Part shown: in pieces, positions 16,969-25,301 of the stretch
Layout: each line of letters opens with the position of its first letter
How positions within the stretch are numbered: position 1 is the stretch's first letter
Source of the DNA: Ruminococcus albus 7 = DSM 20455
GTDB lineage: Bacteria > Bacillota > Clostridia > Oscillospirales > Ruminococcaceae
DNA: 32,000 nucleotides
Assembly (NCBI RefSeq): GCF_000179635.2
Contig: NC_014824.1
Location: 120,001-152,000 of the forward strand
Direction: 5' to 3'
Program-made: the position numbers and the translations under genes
Notes under the pieces: generated by a model
What the model was told of the DNA's origin: nothing
Seen by the model: only the letters and a program-made list of their open reading frames with translations
Databases searched by the model: none

Positions 16969-17120
16969 CGGGGAGACCCTTTTTACAGTAAGCTGTCGTT
17001 CTCCCGATTTGCTGCCAGTGCAAAAGTGATTAATGTGTTTTCTCATTGCGTGAGTTCATTTTCGACTATGAGAACCTTGTCTTGTAGATCCGGCAGATTT
17101 CTTTGATTTCATCTACCAAA

Positions 17121-17324
17121 TTACTCCTCATTGTATAATCCTTCATGCGTAAGGAAGTAATCTATCAACTTGATTGTATACTCGTGACAGTTGCTTTTTC
17201 CTCCGTCCCAATTCTCGATAGTTCTCTTGGGAATCCCGAGGAGCTTTGCGAACTGGGCTTGGGATAGCCCTGTTTTCGCACGCATTTCCTTTACGGTCAT
17301 AATATCACATCCTTTAAAAGCCAT
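17121..17324 (-). CDS. XRE-family helix-turn-helix protein (antitoxin-like small regulator); start may be ATG 17300
   Basis: MTVKEMRAKTGLSQAQFAKLLGIPKRTIENWDGGKS is a canonical HTH_3/XRE motif with the ...TIxNWExG tail. Driven by the promoter inside repeat R2. Confidence 0.8.
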   Translation of the reverse strand: MAFKGCDIMTVKEMRAKTGLSQAQFAKLLGIPKRTIENWDGGKSNCHEYTIKLIDYFLTHEGLYNEE

Positions 17325-17347
17325 ATACCATTCCGTAAAACGACGTT

Positions 17348-17453
17348 TTCTTGATTACATTATACCACCATCTTGGTGACGCATCAAGCACTTTACCACC
17401 ATTATAGTGAGCTTTGGATACTTGCACAAAACTAAATCCAGATTTCATGCAAT
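17348..17453. repeat. Repeat R2, copy A (106 bp)
   Basis: About 104/106 identical by eye to 28759-28864, same orientation. Contains a minus-strand promoter. Confidence 0.9.
17359..17387 (-). promoter_or_regulatory. Strong sigma-A promoter (minus strand) inside R2
   Basis: Read on the minus strand: TTGATG (17387-17382), 17-nt spacer ending in TGG, TATAAT (17364-17359), i.e. an extended -10. An identical element lies at 28770-28798 in copy B. Confidence 0.6.
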
Positions 17454-17851
17454 TTGACATTTTGATACAATAGCCATTGCAAAACAGAGAATGTGAAATT
17501 GTCATTTGTGCTGATGCCGAATTGTGTAGAACATTTAGAAATTATTTAGCTAAACAAAGCATTTTTGGCGGTATCCGAACGGTATGCTGAAAATGGCTGT
17601 ACTGTATCTCCCCGACGGAAAGAACAAGAGAATGATCGTATTTGACACCTCAGGCAATGTGATCTCGGAAATAGAGGACAGAACTTACACCGCTGCAAAA
17701 CATTAACGACCATAACACAAAGATACTTCTGACTATAGATAACGATCCGCCTGTATCATATAATGGGATCAAACAGAAACTGGTTACTTGATAAATGATC
17801 TGTAAAGGAGTTCGTTTATATCAATATACTCATCTATAAAATATTATGATG

Positions 17852-17880
17852 TTGACATCTCTTTGGAATGATGTTATAAT
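17852..17880 (+). promoter_or_regulatory. Consensus sigma-A promoter of the LysR gene
   Basis: TTGACA (17852-17857), 17-nt spacer, TATAAT (17875-17880). Confidence 0.65.
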
Positions 17881-17905
17881 GAACAAAACTGACGGGGGTG
17901 AATTT

Positions 17906-18838
17906 ATGAATATCATACATATGAAATATGCTGTCGAGGTGGCGAGGATAGGCTCGATAAACAAGGCGGCAGAGGAACTGCTGATAGCACAGCCAAACCT
18001 CAGCAGAAGCATAAAAGAGCTTGAAGCAGATCTGGGAATTACTATATTTTCAAGAACTTCCAAGGGTATGAACCTTACTTCCGAGGGCGAAGAGTTTATC
18101 GGATATGCACGCAAGATACTTGACCAGATAGACGATGTTGAGCGTATGTACCGTCAGGGCGTGCCGAAAAAGCAGAAATTTTCTATCTCTGTTCCCAGGG
18201 CCGGTTATATCTCGGAAGCCTTTGCTGAATTTTCACGAACGATCACAGGTGATTCGGCAGAGCTTTCCTATTATGAAACCAATGCTCACCGCGCTATAGA
18301 TAATATCTTTACTTTAAAATACAAACTTGGTATAATCAGGTATGCCTCCGTATATGATAAGTATTTTAAACGCTTTCTTGAGGAAAAAGGTCTTGAATAT
18401 GAACTCATAGCTGAGTTTTCGAATATGCTTGTAGCGAGCAGAGAGAGCAGTATAGCATCGCTTGATGAAGTGCATTTCGATAATCTCACGAATATGATCG
18501 AGATAGCCCATGCTGACCCTTATGTGCCGTCGCTGCCGCTTTCAAACGTTAAAAAGGAAGAGCTGCTTGACAGCATTGGCAGGAGAATATTCCTGTTCGA
18601 GAGGGGGAGCCAGTTCGATCTTTTATCTTTGAATCACGAGACTTATATGTGGGTGTCGCCTCTTCCTGACAGGATACTGGATATTTATGGTCTTGTGCAG
18701 AAAAAATGCATAGACAACAAGCGCCTGTACAAAGATGTTTTGATATATCGTAAAGGATATAACCTTACCGAACTTGACCACAGGTTCATAACAGCGCTAA
18801 TCAAATCGAAGAGGGCTTATTTCACTAAAGATAGCTAA
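17906..18838 (+). CDS. LysR-family transcriptional regulator
   Basis: Start moved to ATG 17906 (SD GGGGGTG). N-terminal HTH MKYAVEVARIGSINKAAEELLIAQPNLSRSIKELEADLGITIFSRTSKGMNLTSEG, followed by a ~200-aa substrate-binding-type domain. Confidence 0.9.
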   Translation: MNIIHMKYAVEVARIGSINKAAEELLIAQPNLSRSIKELEADLGITIFSRTSKGMNLTSEGEEFIGYARKILDQIDDVERMYRQGVPKKQKFSISVPRAGYISEAFAEFSRTITGDSAELSYYETNAHRAIDNIFTLKYKLGIIRYASVYDKYFKRFLEEKGLEYELIAEFSNMLVASRESSIASLDEVHFDNLTNMIEIAHADPYVPSLPLSNVKKEELLDSIGRRIFLFERGSQFDLLSLNHETYMWVSPLPDRILDIYGLVQKKCIDNKRLYKDVLIYRKGYNLTELDHRFITALIKSKRAYFTKDS

Positions 18839-18860
18839 AATGACGTAAATACGAGTTTTA

Positions 18861-18897
18861 ACACAGTTTTCTGTAAATTGGAAACTGTGTTTTTTTA
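18861..18897 (+). terminator. Rho-independent terminator after the LysR gene
   Basis: ACACAGTTT (18861-18869) / AAACTGTGT (18882-18890), followed by TTTTTTT. Confidence 0.7.
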
Positions 18898-18909
18898 TTT
18901 GGTTGCGGT

Positions 18910-18936
18910 TATATCGATAAAGATAATATCGATATA
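18910..18936. promoter_or_regulatory. Candidate operator: perfect 10-bp inverted repeat with 7-bp spacer
   Basis: TATATCGATA (18910-18919) aagataa TATCGATATA (18927-18936), ~35 bp upstream of the operon -10 element. Confidence 0.4.
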
Positions 18937-18968
18937 CTTTTTTGGTTATTCCGTTCAAATTAAAAAGA

Positions 18969-18977
18969 TGTTATAAT
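18969..18977 (+). promoter_or_regulatory. Extended -10 promoter of the rex-adhE-hyd operon
   Basis: TGtTATAAT (TG 18969-18970, TATAAT 18972-18977), 21 nt upstream of the GTG start. SD GGAGGTG lies between. Confidence 0.5.
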
Positions 18978-18998
18978 TGAATTATCGGAGGTGAGATA

Positions 18999-19601
18999 GT
19001 GAAAGGACCGATATTTTCCAAAGCAACGCTTGGTAGACTACCTGTATATCTGGATTATCTGAGGACAGGCGACCATGGCGAGAACATCTCTGCTGCTGAG
19101 ATATCAAGGGCATTAGGGCTTGGTGGTGTTCAAGTGAGAAAAGACCTTAACGCAGTCAGCGGTACAGGCAGACCAAAGGTAGGCTACAAGACCACTGAAC
19201 TTATCGCGGCACTTGAAGCTGTTCTCGGCAGAAAAGCAGCGACCCCTGTTGTTATTGTCGGTGCGGGAAAACTTGGCAAAGCACTGCTTGATTTCGAGGG
19301 GTTTGAAGAATACGGGATAAAGATCTCTGCGGCGTTTGATGTTGATAATAGCCTGCTGTGCGACAGGATACTCTCTATGGATACTTTTACCAACTACTGT
19401 CGGCTATATGATATCCATGCTGGAATAATCACAGTGCCTGCCGCCTGTGCGAAAGAAGTCTGCGGGATCATGATAAAGAGCGGGATAACTGCGATATGGA
19501 ATTTTGCACAGATCGAGCTGGATGTCACGGATAATATAACGGTTTGTCAGGAGAATCTGGCGCTTTCACTGGCACATCTTACCATGAAACTCAGGAAATG
19601 A
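18999..19601 (+). CDS. rex: Redox-sensing transcriptional repressor Rex
   Basis: 200 aa. ATLGRLPVYLDYL...ISAAEISRALGLGGVQVRKDLN (winged helix), plus the Rossmann motif VVIVGAGKLGKALL and ...IITVPAACAKEV...GITAIWNFA. Confidence 0.92.
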   Translation: MKGPIFSKATLGRLPVYLDYLRTGDHGENISAAEISRALGLGGVQVRKDLNAVSGTGRPKVGYKTTELIAALEAVLGRKAATPVVIVGAGKLGKALLDFEGFEEYGIKISAAFDVDNSLLCDRILSMDTFTNYCRLYDIHAGIITVPAACAKEVCGIMIKSGITAIWNFAQIELDVTDNITVCQENLALSLAHLTMKLRK

Positions 19602-19617
19602 TATGGAGGAAATTTCA

Positions 19618-22335
19618 ATGGCAAAGAAAGAATACGAGATCGTTGACGGTGTTGAAAAGCTGGAAGCCGCCCTTGAAAGAGTAAGGGCAGCACAGAGAAA
19701 AATGGCAACATTTACTCAGGAGCAGGTAGACAGGATATTCTTAGCTGCTGCCACCGCAGCAAACCGCGCAAGAATAGATCTTGCTGAGCAGGCTGTTGCA
19801 GAAACGGGTATGGGTATCGTTGAGGACAAGGTCATCAAGAATCACTATGCCAGCGAATACATATACAACAAGTACCGCGATACCAAGACCTGCGGTGTTC
19901 TTGAAGAGGATAAATCAGCAGGCATAAAGAAGATAGCAGAGCCTATCGGCGTTATCGGAGCGGTAATACCTACTACCAATCCTACTTCCACTGCGATATT
20001 CAAGTCTCTTATCGCACTGAAGACCAGAAACGGTATCATCATCAGCCCTCACCCACGTGCAAAGGAGAGCACCATAGCAGCAGCAAAGGTTGTACTTGAA
20101 GCAGCTGTCGAAGCGGGCGCTCCAGAGGATATCATTGCATGGATAGACATACCCAGTCTTGAAATGACAAATATGCTGATGAAAGAAGTAGATATCATAC
20201 TCGCTACCGGCGGTCCCGGAATGGTACACGCTGCATATTCCAGCGGTAAGCCTGCACTGGGCGTAGGTGCGGGAAATACTCCTGCTATCATTGATGAAAG
20301 TGCAGATATATTGCTTGCTGTAAACTCTATCATTCATTCCAAGACTTTCGATAACGGCATGATATGCGCTTCCGAGCAGAGCGTTATCGTACTTGACAGC
20401 ATATACGATGCAGTAAAGACAGAGTTCGCTGCAAGGGGCTGTTACTTCCTCAAACCCGATGAACTGAACAAGGTAAGAAAGACCATCATCATAAACGGTG
20501 CGCTCAATGCGAAGATAGTTGGACAGTCTGCCGCTAAGATAGCTGAACTTGCAGGCGTGACAGTTCCCGAGGGTTCAAAGATACTTATAGGTGAAGTTGA
20601 GAGCGTTGATATCTCCGAGGAGTTCGCCCATGAGAAACTCTCTCCGGTACTTGCTATGTATAAGGCTTCCGATATTCAGGATGCTTTCGGCAAAGCAGAA
20701 CATCTTATTGCTGACGGCGGATACGGACACACTGCTTCCATATATCTTGATGCGGTAAGGGAACAGGAAAAGCTTTCCGAGTTCGGTGAAAGAATGAAGA
20801 CCTGCCGAATTCTTGTGAATACACCATCTTCTCAGGGCGGTATCGGTGACCTTTATAACTTCAAACTTGCGCCATCACTTACCCTCGGCTGCGGTTCATG
20901 GGGTGGAAACTCGGTAAGTGAGAATGTAGGAGTAAAGCATCTGCTCAATATAAAAACAGTTGCCGAAAGGAGAGAGAATATGCTTTGGTTCAGAGCGCCC
21001 GAGAAGGTATATTTCAAGAAAGGCTGCCTGCCTGTTGCTCTTGATGAACTGAAAAATGTGATGGGCAAGAAGAAAGCATTCATCGTTACTGACAGTTTTC
21101 TCTTCAAGAACGGATTCACTAAGCCTGTAACAGATAAGCTTGACGAAATGGGTATAGTACACGAGACATTCTCCGATGTTGCTCCCGATCCGACACTTGC
21201 CTGTGCTGTGGAGGGCGTAAAGGCTATCAGAAGTTTTGAGCCTGATGTGATCATTGCTATCGGCGGCGGTTCTGCTATGGATGCTGCTAAGATAATGTGG
21301 GTAATGTATGAGCATCCCGAAGCTGACTTTATGGATATGGCGATGCGTTTTGTTGATATCAGAAAAAGAATATACACATTCCCGAAAATGGGTGAAAAGG
21401 CATATTTCATATGCGTTCCTACTTCTTCCGGTACAGGTTCTGAGGTAACACCTTTTGCTGTTATCACCGATGACAAGACAGGTCACAAGTATCCTCTTGC
21501 AGATTACGAACTTATGCCAAATATTGCAATAGTTGATACCGATATGATGATGAGTGCTCCAAAGGGACTTACTGCTGCATCCGGTCTGGACTGCATGGTA
21601 CACGACCTTGAAGCACTGGTATCAGTAATGGCTACACCGTTTACTGATGGTATCGCTCTCGAATCGCTGAAAATGACCTTTGATAATCTGCCCGAATGTG
21701 TTGAGAACGGTCAGACAGCTGTAAGGGCAAGAGAAAATATGGCTCATGCGGCTACTATGGCAGGTATGGCATTTGCTAATGCATTCCTGGGTATCGGTCA
21801 CTCACTGGCACATAAGCTGGGTGCATATCACCACCTGCCTCACGGTATATGCTGTGCGTTGGTGATTAGCGAAGTTATAAGATTCAATGCTTCTGATGTT
21901 CCTGTTAAGATGGGTACATTCCCACAGTACGAATATCCTCAGGCTGCCGCTAAGTATGCTAGGATAGCAAGATATCTCGGTGTACAGGGCAGCGGCGACA
22001 ATGAACTTGTCGAAGGTCTTATTGCAAAGATAGAAGAACTCAAAGAAGCTGTGGGCTGCAAGAAGACTATCGCTGAGTACGGTATCTCCGAGGAAGACTT
22101 CCTCGCTACTCTTGATAAGATGTCAAGAGATGCATTTGATGACCAGTGTACAGGTGCTAACCCCAGATATCCTCTCATCAGCGAGCTGAAGCAGATATAT
22201 ATGAACGTATACTACGGCAGAACTTTCACTGAGACTGAGAAGCCCGATGCTAGCCAGATAGACAGTTCTGAAAGCAGCAAGGATTTCAAGCAGGCATTCA
22301 ACCGTGCAGCAAGCAGCGGCAAAAAAAGAGTATAA
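19618..22335 (+). CDS. adhE: Bifunctional acetaldehyde-CoA / alcohol dehydrogenase AdhE
   Basis: Start moved to ATG 19618 (SD GGAGGA). N-terminal ALDH domain (catalytic-Cys context FDNGMICASEQS), C-terminal Fe-ADH domain (GGGSAMDAAK, HSLAHKLG). A ~35-aa Ser/Lys-rich C-terminal tail. Confidence 0.95.
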   Translation: MAKKEYEIVDGVEKLEAALERVRAAQRKMATFTQEQVDRIFLAAATAANRARIDLAEQAVAETGMGIVEDKVIKNHYASEYIYNKYRDTKTCGVLEEDKSAGIKKIAEPIGVIGAVIPTTNPTSTAIFKSLIALKTRNGIIISPHPRAKESTIAAAKVVLEAAVEAGAPEDIIAWIDIPSLEMTNMLMKEVDIILATGGPGMVHAAYSSGKPALGVGAGNTPAIIDESADILLAVNSIIHSKTFDNGMICASEQSVIVLDSIYDAVKTEFAARGCYFLKPDELNKVRKTIIINGALNAKIVGQSAAKIAELAGVTVPEGSKILIGEVESVDISEEFAHEKLSPVLAMYKASDIQDAFGKAEHLIADGGYGHTASIYLDAVREQEKLSEFGERMKTCRILVNTPSSQGGIGDLYNFKLAPSLTLGCGSWGGNSVSENVGVKHLLNIKTVAERRENMLWFRAPEKVYFKKGCLPVALDELKNVMGKKKAFIVTDSFLFKNGFTKPVTDKLDEMGIVHETFSDVAPDPTLACAVEGVKAIRSFEPDVIIAIGGGSAMDAAKIMWVMYEHPEADFMDMAMRFVDIRKRIYTFPKMGEKAYFICVPTSSGTGSEVTPFAVITDDKTGHKYPLADYELMPNIAIVDTDMMMSAPKGLTAASGLDCMVHDLEALVSVMATPFTDGIALESLKMTFDNLPECVENGQTAVRARENMAHAATMAGMAFANAFLGIGHSLAHKLGAYHHLPHGICCALVISEVIRFNASDVPVKMGTFPQYEYPQAAAKYARIARYLGVQGSGDNELVEGLIAKIEELKEAVGCKKTIAEYGISEEDFLATLDKMSRDAFDDQCTGANPRYPLISELKQIYMNVYYGRTFTETEKPDASQIDSSESSKDFKQAFNRAASSGKKRV

Positions 22336-22350
22336 ACGGAGGAACGGTAT

Positions 22351-23100
22351 ATGAATCTGGATCGTGTAATAGCTGTCAGAAATACCAAGACGGTGTATCG
22401 TGACGGTGATAAGTGTATAAAAGTATTCAATGATACTTACAAGAAGTCTGAAGTGCTCAACGAGGCATTGAATCAATCCATGGTTGAAGAAACAGGCATA
22501 AATATGCCACGCCTGAAAGAGGTTCTTATGATAGATGGCAAATGGTCTATCGTTTCTGAATATATAAACGGTAAGACCCTTGCACAGATGATGGAAGAAG
22601 AACCTGAAAAGAAGAGAGAGTACATCGAAAAGCTGGTAGATATCCAGCTTGATATACACTCCAGAACCTGTCCCATGCTGAGAAAGCTGAAAGACAAGAT
22701 GAACAGTAAGATAAGTCAGACTGACCTCAATGCAACAACAAGATATGATCTTCATACACGCCTTGAAGGTATGCCCAAGCACTATAAGCTCTGCCACGGT
22801 GACTTCAATCCCTCAAATGTAATAATTACTGAGGATGGAACTCCCTATATCATCGACTGGGCACACGCTACACAGGGCAATGCTTCTGCTGATGCAGCAA
22901 GAACGTATCTCTGCTTCTGGCTGGACGGAGATATTGAGGGCGCAGATATGTATCTCGACATATTCTGCGAGAAGAGCAATACCGCCAAGCAATACGTTCA
23001 GAAGTGGATGCCTATCGTTGCGGCTTCGCAGTCGGTGAAGGGCAATGCTAAAGAGCGTGAGTTCCTGCTTTCTTGGGTAGATGTTGTAGATTATATGTAA
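22351..23100 (+). CDS. Small APH/choline-kinase-fold protein kinase-like protein
   Basis: 249 aa. Brenner-type motif LCHGDFNPSNVII and the downstream IIDWAHATQGNASADAARTY, typical of the aminoglycoside-phosphotransferase/kinase-like fold. Confidence 0.8.
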   Translation: MNLDRVIAVRNTKTVYRDGDKCIKVFNDTYKKSEVLNEALNQSMVEETGINMPRLKEVLMIDGKWSIVSEYINGKTLAQMMEEEPEKKREYIEKLVDIQLDIHSRTCPMLRKLKDKMNSKISQTDLNATTRYDLHTRLEGMPKHYKLCHGDFNPSNVIITEDGTPYIIDWAHATQGNASADAARTYLCFWLDGDIEGADMYLDIFCEKSNTAKQYVQKWMPIVAASQSVKGNAKEREFLLSWVDVVDYM

Positions 23101-23117
23101 TATGTGAGGTGCTAGAT

Positions 23118-23357
23118 ATGAAGGTAACTGTATGTATTGGTTCTTCCTGCCATCTGAAAGGCTCGCGTCAGGTTGTCGAGCAGCTTCAGTATCTTATCGC
23201 AGAAGAAAAATTAGGTGACAAGATAAAGCTTGGCGGAACATTCTGCATGGGCAAATGTCAGCAGGGTGTATGTGTAACTGTTGATGATGTGTTCTACTCG
23301 GTAACTCCCGAAACGGTCGGAGAGTTCTTCGAGAAAGAGATCAAGCAGAAGGTATAG
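23118..23357 (+). CDS. Thioredoxin-like [2Fe-2S] ferredoxin (NuoE/HndA-type small protein), copy 1
   Basis: Start moved to ATG 23118 (SD GAGGTG). Cys pattern CIGSSCHLKG ... FCMGKCQQG (C-x4-C ... C-x3-C). Confidence 0.8.
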   Translation: MKVTVCIGSSCHLKGSRQVVEQLQYLIAEEKLGDKIKLGGTFCMGKCQQGVCVTVDDVFYSVTPETVGEFFEKEIKQKV

Positions 23358-23362
23358 TAACC

Positions 23363-23614
23363 ATGATCATTCAGATATGTGTCGGCTCATCATGTCATCT
23401 GAAAGGTTCGGAGGATATGATCGAGCTGCTGAAACAGGCGATAGCGACTCATGATCTTGAAAACGAAATTACACTTGCCGGCAGTTTCTGTGCGGGCAGA
23501 TGTAATCGCGTGGGTGTGACTGTCACTGTAGACGATGAAGTATACACAGGTGTGACCCCCGAGGGGTTCACCGAGTTTTTTCAGAAAGCTGTAATGAACC
23601 GTATAGGAAAGTGA
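23363..23614 (+). CDS. Thioredoxin-like [2Fe-2S] ferredoxin, copy 2 (tandem paralogue)
   Basis: CVGSSCHLKG ... FCAGRCNRVG. Same length and layout as copy 1. Confidence 0.8.
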   Translation: MIIQICVGSSCHLKGSEDMIELLKQAIATHDLENEITLAGSFCAGRCNRVGVTVTVDDEVYTGVTPEGFTEFFQKAVMNRIGK

Positions 23615-23615
23615 G

Positions 23616-25301
23616 TTGTCATCTATGAGCAGCTGTTTAACATTAAAAAAATCAAATTGTAAAAACTGCTATAAATGCATCAGACACTGCCCTGTAAAGT
23701 CCATAAGATTTTCGGGCAACCAGGCGCACATAATCGAACAGGAGTGCATATTGTGCGGTCAGTGCGTAGTAGTCTGTCCCCAGGATGCAAAGCAGATAGT
23801 TGATGAATCTGAAAAGGTAAGGGTACTTTTACAAAGCGGTTCTCCTGTAGTTGTGAGCCTTGCACCGTCATTCATTGCAAATTATCACGGGGCGGGCATA
23901 GAACAGATGCGTGATGCACTTAAAAAACTTGGTTTTTATGATGTTGAAGAAACAGCTGTAGGCGCGACCCATGTAAAGCGTGAATATGAGCGGATACTAA
24001 AAGAAGAAAACAGGGACGTTGTGATATCGTCCTGCTGCCATTCGGTAAACCTGCTGATACAGAAGTACTTCCCCGATCTTCTGCCCATGCTTGCTGATGT
24101 TATATCTCCGATGCAGGCGCACTGCGCAGATATCAAAAGGCGTATCCCCGATGCAAAGACTGTTTTCATAGGTCCGTGTGTTTCCAAAAAGGATGAAGCC
24201 CAGCATTATGGCGATACAGTCGATGCTGTGCTCACCTTTGAGGAACTTTCAGTCTGGCTGAAAGAAGAGAATATCGAGATAGAACGCAGTTTTTCTGCCG
24301 ATGAACACAGCCGTGCAAGATTTTTCCCGACAGCGGGTGGTATACTCAAAACCATGGATTGCGATTTGCCTGATTACACATATATCGCGATAGACGGCAT
24401 TGAAAAGTGCATATCCGTTCTGCGTGAGCTTGAAAAGGGAAGTATACATAAATGCTTCATTGAGATGTCAGCCTGCAACGGAAGCTGTATAGGCGGCCCT
24501 GTTATGGAGAATGCTCGGTATACTCCTATTGAAGACCAGATGCTGATAGCAGGATATGCAGGCTCAAAGGATTATGAAGTTGAACAGCCTGATATGCTGT
24601 ACATGAAAAAGCAATTCTCCTTGATAGATCTCGGGCATGCACAGCCAACTGAATCGGAGATACGTCAGATACTGGCGCAGATGGGCAAGTTCGATACTTC
24701 CGATGAACTCAACTGCGGTTCCTGTGGATACAATACCTGCCGTGAGAAAGCGATAGCGATATATCAGGGCAAAGCAGATATATCCATGTGCCTGCCTTTC
24801 CTGAAAGACAAGGCAGAGAGTTTCTCGGATACCATAGTCAGGAATACTCCCAACGGTATCATAGTGCTTAACGATTCACTGGAGGTACAGCAGATAAACT
24901 CCGCTGCTATGGAGATGATGAATATACGTTACGCATCCGATGTTCTGGGAGATCAGGTGGTGCGGATACTCGACCCGAAGGTATTTATGGAAGTAAAGCG
25001 GACAGGCAAAGGAGTATATAACGAAAGGATATTCCTGACCGAATACCAGAGATATGCCGAGCGCACCATCGTGCTTGACCGCGAGAGCAAAATGCTCATA
25101 TGTATCATGCGTGATGTTACCGATGAGGAGAACGCACGCAGTAAAAAGGAAGAGATAAGCCGCAATACTATCGAAGTGGCTGATAAGGTTATTGATAAGC
25201 AGATGAGGATAGTTCAGGAGATAGCGTCGCTTCTCGGAGAAACTACTGCTGAAACGAAGATAGCGCTATCAAAACTCAAGGAGTCGATACAGGATGAATA
25301 A
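23616..25301 (+). CDS. hydS: Putative sensory [FeFe]-hydrogenase HydS (H-cluster domain + extra 4-Cys motif + PAS-like domain)
   Basis: TTG 23616 or ATG 23625 start. Two 4Fe-4S ferredoxin motifs (CKNCYKCIRHCP, CILCGQCVVVCP). H-cluster motifs ISSCCHS, GPCVSKKDE, EMSACNGSCIGGP. C-x2-C-x4-C-x16-C (NCGSCGYNTC...SMC). C-terminal PAS-like IVRNTPNGIIVLNDSLEVQQINSAAMEMM... Confidence 0.88.
   Translation: MSSMSSCLTLKKSNCKNCYKCIRHCPVKSIRFSGNQAHIIEQECILCGQCVVVCPQDAKQIVDESEKVRVLLQSGSPVVVSLAPSFIANYHGAGIEQMRDALKKLGFYDVEETAVGATHVKREYERILKEENRDVVISSCCHSVNLLIQKYFPDLLPMLADVISPMQAHCADIKRRIPDAKTVFIGPCVSKKDEAQHYGDTVDAVLTFEELSVWLKEENIEIERSFSADEHSRARFFPTAGGILKTMDCDLPDYTYIAIDGIEKCISVLRELEKGSIHKCFIEMSACNGSCIGGPVMENARYTPIEDQMLIAGYAGSKDYEVEQPDMLYMKKQFSLIDLGHAQPTESEIRQILAQMGKFDTSDELNCGSCGYNTCREKAIAIYQGKADISMCLPFLKDKAESFSDTIVRNTPNGIIVLNDSLEVQQINSAAMEMMNIRYASDVLGDQVVRILDPKVFMEVKRTGKGVYNERIFLTEYQRYAERTIVLDRESKMLICIMRDVTDEENARSKKEEISRNTIEVADKVIDKQMRIVQEIASLLGETTAETKIALSKLKESIQDE

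Noticed and set aside
16671-16991. 106-aa plus-strand ORF, and its relative at 28286-28618, which share the peptide KGPGIYVFHITHSKFISPYVSSRRSHIL.
   Set aside because: The shared peptide is just the translation of repeat R1. The first ORF is antisense to the coiled-coil gene. The second is the IS1182 transposase frame running on into R1.
17314-17505. 63-aa minus-strand ORF, and its relative at 28620-28886, sharing MKSGFSFVQVSK.HYNGGKVLD.SPRWWYNVIKK. Briefly considered as a HicA/HigB-like toxin upstream of the HTH gene.
   Set aside because: The shared part coincides with repeat R2, which reads as a -35/-10 promoter. The two ORFs diverge immediately outside the repeat, and the resemblance to known toxins is too weak to call.
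18840-18998. Canonical Rex operator upstream of rex-adhE.
   Set aside because: No TTGTGAA-N4-TTCACAA-like or TTGTTAA-N4-TTAACAA-like dyad was found by eye. Only the unrelated ATCGAT-containing dyad is reported as a finding.
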